Shown piece after piece: positions 55,738 through 64,000 of a DNA stretch of 64,000 nt. The first letter of the stretch is position 1, and each line of letters opens with the position of its first letter. A program made the translations under genes and the position numbers. The stretch spans positions 67,766,001 to 67,830,000 of the forward strand of contig OX597832.1 of NCBI GenBank assembly GCA_951406725.2, written 5' to 3'. The notes beneath the pieces were generated by a model. The model did no database searches. It was not told where the DNA came from and saw only the letters and a program-made list of their open reading frames with translations. The DNA comes from Octopus vulgaris. Its lineage: Eukaryota.

Positions 55738-56885
55738 TCTCTATATATAAACAGCAGTTTGTCTGTCTGTGTGTCTGTGTGTCTGTCAGGTTGTACCCTC
55801 ACCCTGACCACGGCTTTCAACCGATTCTGATGAAACTTGACACACACATAGTCCAATGTCATAATTCAACACTAACGCATGGAAAATTTTGAAAGGTTCT
55901 CCCAGTTCTGAAAAAAATCGATAAATTTGACATGGGTCAAGAATCTAAGCTTTTTATATGCAACACATTTTCTGTTGTAGTTTTTGCAACTTGCAATCGA
56001 TTTTCACCAAACTCATGGTGAAGCTTAATGTTACCCTAAGAAACTTTATTCTGACGTTAGTTTTCCATGCAATACCTTACCATCAGAAAAAATCGATAAA
56101 ATCATGCCATTTTTAAATTCAAGATGACATATTTTCGACAATATCTTTCACAAATTGGCAGGAATTTTTTTTTTAATTCACAGCGAGCATCATGTCTGCT
56201 CCAAGGAGCTATATGACCCTTTTTATTCCAATAGGATACTTTATTACTGGAAAAAATTGGTTAATTAAATCATATGTGGCACACATAGCAAACCGATTTG
56301 TGTATTAAACACAAACCACAGACTGTCTAGGGGACGCAACTCGACCTTTTTAACTTTCGGAACACGTGGGGTAAGTATCCCAAAATGTATAAAAATGTAC
56401 AAAAACGGCAAAAAAGCGGGCAGCAATGTGAGTGACAACAACGAAAATGTCAAAAGTGACCAAACTGAACAAACGAATGGAAAAGGTTTTTTGGTGCACA
56501 CGACAAAAGCGGTTTATAATAAACCAAGAGTTTGCAAGTAGCGTCCGAGGACCCTTAGGGTACGTCAAAAATTTAAGATAAAACGTTTGGGGTGGTAGTT
56601 ATAAAGAAAGTTTAAACAAAAAAAGTATTCGAATAACTTATAGCTGCAGCAGCTATTAGCAGAAGTGGCGGCGTTGGGGATAAAGTCTCGAAAGTAATTT
56701 CTTCCTGGTAGGAATTGGTTGGGTTGAATTATCGATAGCTGTTTGATAGTTATTTGGGAGTGAAGAGAAGACATTGCAACCTACACATGCGCCTTCGTTC
56801 CCTAGAGGGAAAGGACTAGATTGGGATTAGTCGTTGCCTACTAGGGGCTCTTACATACCCGGGCAACGCCGGGCTATGCTGCTAG
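55738..56885 (+). mobile_element. Non-autonomous Helitron
   Basis: Inserted between A55737 and T56886; starts TC(tctatatataaa), subterminal (CTGT)-rich tract, 3' GC hairpin cccgg-gcaacg-ccggg (56858-56873) 8 nt before the terminal CTAG; no TSD. Confidence 0.88.
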
Positions 56886-56887
56886 TG

Positions 56888-59800
56888 TTTCTTTATTAGC
56901 CACACAGGGCTGCACACAGACTGGACAAATTACAGGGTAGAGCTTTTCTTTTGCCTCCAAGTATCGATGGTTTTCGATCAAAAGGGATCGTAAAAGGAAA
57001 GAAAGAGGACAAAAAAGGGGAGGGGGTTAAAAAAAAAAGGAAAGGAAAAAAAAGGGAAAGGAAAAAAAATTGATCAAAAGGGATCGTTATCACAGAAATG
57101 TCAATATAAAGTGTAAAGGGGAAGACAGGTGAGGTTTACCCGTGGAAAGAAGAGCCTACGGAAAAGACCACGGTAACCTGGGTCAATGAAGTCACATGTT
57201 ATATTTCTTTTTTTTTTACAAATAAGCAACTCTCTGTATTAATTTTTACGGTTCATAGGATCATAGTCAAGGTGGCTTCGTCATTCATACGTGCCATCCT
57301 TGCTACATTCACCCATCTTTTTTTAAAACATTCACTAGACAAAACTTGCCTCTCTACTCTCACTTTCCTCTTCAAGTGATACTTGAAGAAGTTGATAAGA
57401 AATTGACCAGAGAGGAAAGCGTTTGTCTCTAATCCTTTCAGGCGCGTCCATCAGATACATTCTTTCGCCATAGCCACAAGTATGATAAAAATAGCTCTTC
57501 CTTCCCGTTTGAAGGAAGGAGGCGTGACGATATTAACGATAGACTTGGCTGATAAACCGACACGTCCCACACGTGACAGCAGTCGTTCGACATAAGCCCA
57601 CAGGTCAGAGATTGTTGGACACTGCACGATTGCGTGCAGAACGGTTTCGTCGCTCTGCCCGCATCTCGGGCATGTCGGCCCCGTGTTTCTCGAGCCATGC
57701 CTATAGAGCTTATCCCGAACGGGTAGCGCTTCTCGGTAGCACTGCTAGGCCAGGGATCTCTGGAAGTTGTCCATAGGTCCCGGCCCGAAAGTTGTTTCAA
57801 ACAGGCGGGTCAGGTATTCCTCATCGACGCCCAGGTTTGCCCTAAGATCGTCGTCGTACCTCCCCTCCATTAATCCCCTATAGAATGCTTTGGTTGTGTT
57901 GAAGTCACGGGACGGCAGAGTTGCTTGAGAGCAACGCGACACTCGCGGTGCCATTCGCCCTTCCTCGGCCTCTTTTTGATCCACGACTGCAGTTCGGTCA
58001 TGGAGACGAGCTGCGGGAACGCGTGCCTCATAAACGGCGACCACACCTGTTCACCGTCGTCTACATAGAGCCGGAGATGTCGCAGTCTCAGCGCGTGTCT
58101 GCGCATCATCAACCACGGCACGCCCAGCCCTCCTTTTAACGGGTGTTGACAGCAAATGGATCGCCTGATCATCGGGACGCATCCTTTCCACAAGAAGCGG
58201 AAGAGAATGCGTTCTAGTTTGGTGATGGTAGGGTCGGTACAAGGTACGACGGTCAGGCGGAAGTAGATGATGGACGCGATGTACGTGTTCACCACTGACT
58301 TTTCCCGGTTGATTTTTGCTCCAGTCACCGCTTATTAGTCTTTCAGTGTCTCGCCGACCAGCTCGATGTTCTCGTGGCTTGACACTATGATGGTGACGTC
58401 GTCCGCGTATGCAGACACACTCGTCCCGCATCCCAATTCTCGCCGGATGCCCCTCAGAATCACCAGCTTCCGCAGTAGTGGCTCGGGAGTCAATACGTAT
58501 AGAAGCGCCGAGAGGGGGCATCCCTGACGGACCGAACGTGCAATGTCGAAAGGTTTCGATAGATGTCCATTTACGCGAATTACCGAACGGATGCCTCTGT
58601 ACAAGGCAGCTATCCAGCCGCAGAAGACGGGACCGAAACCAGCCGCTCTCAGGACTGCCTCCAAGTATCGATGGTCTACCCTATCGAAGGCTTTCGATTG
58701 ATCCAAGTTGATCAGGGCCTCACCCATGCCAGGTTCCTTAACTACTCTGTCTATGATGTAGCGCATCAGATGGAGCTTGTCATGGATGCTCCGGCCCGGC
58801 ACGACGCACGTTTGTGCGTTGTCGACCAGTTTCTCGATGACAAGCGCCAACCTCTTGGCTAACACCTTGGTCAAAATTTTCACGCTCGCCACTCGTCCCG
58901 TACAGTCGGGCAAAGTGCCGCTGAAATGTCTCGCACATCTTGCTGGGCTCGAGCAATTCGCGCCCTTGTCCATCTACCAGAGACCGAATGGTGGCGTTGT
59001 TGCCCTGCTGCGCCTCCGCCACCCGGGCCTCCCTCGCGGCTCCAACAATTTCCATCCTTAGTGCACGCATCCTAGCCCTGACAGCACACCCTTCGCGTTT
59101 GGCGTTGAAGTGTTGGTCAAGGGCCAACCTCGCCGCTAAAACGTCGGATGTGATGCCTCTTGTAACTTCTTAACTATCTCACCCTCCACTCTATTTCTAT
59201 CTACGGCTAGTGCCTTGCTATATATAATTGCTTCCGCTTTTACTGCTGTTTTGAGGGCGAACCACCATTTGTTGTTGACAATGGCTCCCGTTAAAGCCCT
59301 TTTTATTAACGTGTTGATTCTGTCTCTGAAAACCTGTCTGGACGGGAAAGATGCGTTCAGTTTCCAGGGACCGGGACCCTGTGCCTTATCTAAGTCTAGC
59401 GTACACGTCACGAATTTGTGATCCTTGTAGCTGACTGTGTGGAATTGTGGACATCCAAAATTATCCCTGTCTACTGCCCTACACAGTATCCTATCTAGAT
59501 ACGATCTCGACGACCCACTGCGGTTGCTCCATGTCCACGTTGAAGCATTTGGGTGGTCGAGTCGGTATCTGTCAGACAGTTGGAATCGTCTGTGCAGGTC
59601 TCTGAGGCATTTGCATCCCCTTCTGTTTTTGTCTCTCCCCACATAGTCTAGATGCGTGTCCAAGGTAGCATTCCAATCCCCCACTAAAAGTAAAGGACGA
59701 GACGTTCCCAGGAATACTTCTAGACGTCGAAAGAAATCCGGCCGACCTGTTAAAGGCGGTGCATAGACTGATACGAGTCGAAAAGCGCACCCATTGCTGC

Positions 59801-59979
59801 CGTCGACATCCAGAACGACCAGTCTACCCTCCGAGTCTACGAACATCGTCTTGACTTCGAGATCCAGACTCTTGTGAAAAAGTACCGCGGTGCCACTACC
59901 GCCGATCCTCGGCTGACAGGGAGCAAAATAAATGTTAAACTGTCCGCCAAACATGGACTTTAGGGCCCGTGGCTCGTGG
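56888..59979 (-). mobile_element. L1/Tx1-clade LINE, 5'-truncated ORF2 (APE endonuclease, RT, CCHC) with frameshifts and internal deletions
   Basis: FRLVSVYAP, LVGDWNA, YLDRIL, DHKFV (APE); LDQSKAFDRVDH, VRQGCPLS, AYADDVT (RT); CPRCGQSDETVLHAIVQC; 3' UTR ending AATAAAGAAA. Confidence 0.95.
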
Positions 59980-59987
59980 TAGATAGG

Positions 59988-60018
<31 letters not shown>

Positions 60019-60859
60019 AGAGATAGATAGACAGACAGATAGATAGATATTAAATGTTCAAAGCATTTAGCCATTTCATCGCAGTTTGAGATCTTTATGT
60101 GTATTCAATTCCGTTATATTTTTTCATCTGATTTAGTTCACAAATATCATTAACTGGAAAGGTTCTTATTTTACAATTTGGCTTCATGAAATAGGTTAAC
60201 AATTTGTAGAATCGGTAGAACGTCGAGGCAAAATGTTTTACGATATTTGGTTACAACCCAAGATCGCTGAAAAACCCGTGTATTGCGCTGAATGTGTATT
60301 CCTATAATTTGAATTTTAGCCTTTGTGCAAATGTTAGGAATCACTATTGCATCTGTTTACAGATTATTTTTCGGGTTTAAATTATGATGGGACTAAATAG
60401 TAAATTTCGTTTTTACGTGTTTAAGATATTTGATTCCAATATGGCGAAACGGTATATTGGTCACTATATATATCTACACCGGAGAGAAATCTGAGAATAT
60501 ACAAAAGTGCTAGTCCAGGTGAAGTATTAGTTGAATGGTTTGATATTAACGGCATCTTATCCGGCAGTTTTGTGATGGGTTCTTTGGTGGTCAGTTTCAC
60601 ATCACCATCTGCTTTTATAAAAAACTTGATAAATTTCACTCAGTGGCAAGCTTTCAAGCAAGAGCTCTTATATGACGATAACTGCTTCCTTCATTGCAGG
60701 TAGTCATAAAGCCACTAACAGCAAAAGTGAAGGGCATCCTTCTTTTTTCTCTGACCAAATAGAAAAGAAACTATACCGCAATCGATTTTACTACAAAGCA
60801 TCGACAAGTAATCATCCTTTCTCTCATAGGCATAAAGTTTGAGATTTTTCTGAAGGAAG

Positions 60860-61023
60860 GTAGTCGAATATGTCGACCCAAGTACTTAACTGGTGCCTAT
60901 TTTATCCTCGAAAGGATAAAAGAGGTGACCTCGATGGAAGTTGAGAACACCAGGTAAAGAGCCGGAGAAAATGCTGCTAAGCAATTTTTCCGACGTGCTA
61001 GCGATTCTGTCAGCTCACCACCT
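60860..61023 (-). mobile_element. SINE family B, degenerate
   Basis: cgaaaggataaaag...gtgctagcgattctgtcagctcaccacc. Confidence 0.7.
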
Positions 61024-62844
61024 AGGAAGTAAATAGTATAAATGCCATTTGTTGTTCTTGTAGTTTTTGTTATTGTTTAACTCCAGTGCAGCCCTACGCA
61101 ATAGACCTATGAGGAGAGGTGTCTTCATGACAGTCTCATTTTGCTGCATTTCACGCACTAACCACAGGGCCTGATGTACCCTAGCGCATTAAAAAAAAAT
61201 TATGAATACTAGGGGACATTTTCAAAGAGATTTCGTTAGCATCCCCTGCCGGAAGAAGACGGACCGGTAAATGAGTGTCTTGTTGATCCTAAGAAACTAT
61301 TCTTTAGAATTGTCTTGTCTTAAAGGAAAACTGTGCCATGTACATATATTGCAGCCCCATTCTCTCAAGAGTAACTAAAATAATTGCTTTGTCTACGTCC
61401 TTTCTGTTTCATCATTGTCACGAACATGTCATCCCTGAGTTTGTATGCTTTTCTTGAATAGGACAGCGACGGATTAATTACAAATGTTTTTATTCATATT
61501 TTATATTACTAGTATTTATTGATGAAGGTTGATAAATACTGGTACCATAATAAGTTTCATTCAATTCTAATTACCATCTCCCCAAGAATTATTAGCCACA
61601 TCGCTAATTAGAAACCCAAAATGATTTCTTTCTTTCATTGCATTATTTAGTTTCTGTTTTCTTTGTATCTTTTATATTATTTTGCTTTTTTTATTTTTGC
61701 GAAAGGCATATTTTAGAAGTGATAAAAATATCAATTTGCGAACATCTAAAATATCACTTGTCAAATGTTTTACTGCACATCACGATGTCAGTAAATTTGG
61801 TTTTAATTCCACGTCCATTAAAATGGTCACCAAACTGTTCATGTCAGAATAATTGCTTCCATTGACGGCATGTGAAAGGAAGAAGCAAAAAGAATGGGAA
61901 AATGTAAAAGAAGAGAGTGTGGTGGAGTAAAACGATATGAGTTCTAGAAATGGTATCATGCTGCAAAATATGAATCTCGAAAGAGAAAAAGAAAAACGTA
62001 TTCAGATGAGGGTTAAAGAGAATATTGTATTCAAATCTATAAAATTTTGCGGTAAATTTAACAAAAATGAAATAGAAGAAATGCAAGTACAATAAGAAAT
62101 TCGCCATGCGTCATTCTTTGATTGAGATATCATTAAGAAAAAAAATTATCATTATTTCTTTTTAAGAAATGTAACCAATTTAATGTTGAAATATTTTTGC
62201 TTTAATTTTACTTAATTTGATGTTTAATTTTTTATCACATCCTTTAATATTTGATTTTAAAAGTGACAGTCGATGATGGCTAAAAGTGTAGAAAAGTGCG
62301 CAGTATTTAACTGTAATTAAATTTCCTCTCTCTTCTGTGTTCGAATCTTGCTAGGGGTCAGCTTTCGCTATCGTTCCTTCACTGATTATAAAAATAAATA
62401 GTGATAATTTGGGAGAGACAGCAAATTCAATCCACTTCCGCCCTTTTTTCTTAATAAATGACCTCCTGCTTTTTACTGCGTTGGGAAAATGTCATCAAAA
62501 TGGGAGAGCATGCGAGAGGAAGTCAATACGCCCGAGGACGTGTCAGCAATTCTTTCCATCGTTTGAAGAACAATAACATAAGTTCCAGTCTTGTATTGAC
62601 ATCGATCTTAATAGACTATAATTTCCCAGCACATTGAAGTTGACTTCAGACTTTGTTTGAATTAAGGGATATAAAATTCAACTTTTTAGGTCAATGAGCC
62701 TCAAATCCGGTTGAACACCGAAGAAACTATATTCGAGAAGTTAATTACATTAGTTTTGCTTCTAAGTTCAGCAGTCACCATTGTCTACATTACGGTTTAT
62801 AGCTTCGAGAGTGACATAATAATTCAAATGAAATATTAGCTGCA

Positions 62845-63048
62845 AATGTTGGCACATTGCCAGCAATTTGGGGGAAGTGGGTAAGGCGATTACATCGACT
62901 CCACTGCTCAACTGGTACTCATTTCATCGACTCCGCAATGATGAAAAGCAAAGTCGATTTCGGCAGAATTTGACCTCAGAACGTATAGTCGGACGAAATG
63001 AAACTAGACATTTTGCCCACCGTGCTAAAAAATTTGCCAATTCACCGG
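62845..63048 (-). mobile_element. SINE family B
   Basis: cgattacatcgact...actggtact...gatgaaaagcaaagtcga...cagaacgta...cgtgctaa. Confidence 0.7.
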
Positions 63049-63696
63049 TTTATTCAGATGAAATATTACAATGATAAATACGTTTACGGCACAACAGACT
63101 GGTACCGTCTTGAAGGTGTCGAATAGAATATCTTAGGTTGTGCAAGTAATTTATGAAGCAGCATTTTGGCAGAGTCGGAAAGCTTCGCTTGCAGCAATCG
63201 TTCTGGCCCTCCACGCTGTTCAATTCCTTCGAGGTCACCATTTTATTCCATACATTTACTGTTGTTATATAAAGTAACAGCCCTATACTTGAACCGATTC
63301 TTTTCGTTTTACTTTCCTTCAGTTTGCTTCCCTTTCTGGAAGAAAACTGCTGTGGTCACATCTGGTGAAAAAACGGATGGGTCATCTCTAAGATGACGTG
63401 ACAACTTCCCTACGACTCAATAAAGCGGGATTTTGGATAAACGGAAAGGCATATGCTTACACTAAGTTATCTATCTAAATCTATGTTTGTGTCACTGTTC
63501 TGATGTTAGAAGTCATTAACATAAATTTGTTGTAAACTGTCATACTGTATTTTCATCGAAGCAAAATGTATAAACCCTTTACAATTTCAAGAACATGGCA
63601 TTTAGCACTACCTCTGTTATGCTTGTATTATTATCTTCACATTGATTTGCACCTGTGTCTCATTTGAATGCATATATGCGTGAGCGTGAACACACA

Positions 63697-63880
63697 GGGC
63701 GAAATGCTTAGTGGCTTCTCGTCCGTCTTTCAGCTCTGAATTCAAAGAACATCGAGGTTAACTCCGCCTTTCTTCTTTCATTTCATCCTTTCAAGCTCGA
63801 TGAAATAAGTACTAGTTCAATGTTATCGATCTACCGACTACCCCCGAACTTGCTGGCTTTGCACCAAAATTTGCAGCCAA
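63697..63880 (+). mobile_element. SINE family B, 5'-truncated
   Basis: gggcgaaatgcttag...gaggttaactccgcctttc...ttcatcctttc...ataagtactag. Confidence 0.7.
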
Positions 63881-64000
63881 TGTTTTATGTCAGTTTTATA
63901 TAAAACTAATTTAGAATTAAACGATAACTCAATACTTTTTAGAGTATGGACATTTGAACCTTATAAGGAACAACTTCGAAAACAACTTCAAATATTAGTT

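Noticed and set aside
60421-60700. Non-repetitive stretch open for ~88 codons on the plus strand and 72 on the minus strand
   Set aside because: No recognisable domain or convincing splice-site pair; needs RNA-seq or homology evidence.

Overview
Eukaryotic, AT-rich, microsatellite-dense DNA with no recognisable host protein-coding gene. Almost all ORFs in the track are microsatellite read-throughs or transposon fragments. The repeat inventory (several tRNA-headed SINE families, very long (TA)n, (GATA)n, (CATA)n, (AAT)n and (TTC)n arrays) looks like an octopus/cephalopod intron or intergenic region; this is inferred from recognition, not from a search. Identifiable mobile elements: two mariner remnants; a CYICG-type (m44-like) DNA transposon remnant; three Penelope-like (PLE) fragments with inverted pseudo-LTRs; a nest of four R4/Dong-like RLE retrotransposon fragments in an (AAT)n array plus scattered RLE remnants; a CR1 RT fragment; a 3.1 kb L1/Tx1-clade element and a short second copy; a non-autonomous Helitron. 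The most interesting signal is a set of type I hammerhead ribozyme motifs, about ten between 21 and 41 kb. One has a fully canonical core and sits in a ~490 bp non-coding partial-tandem unit (retrozyme-like). The others show compensatory C3-G8, U3-A8 and G3-C8 core variants. Also notable: a Tx1-like element bounded by (GATA)n, a 158 bp near-perfect palindrome and a recent ~800 bp local duplication. All family names come from motif recognition and were not checked against databases.
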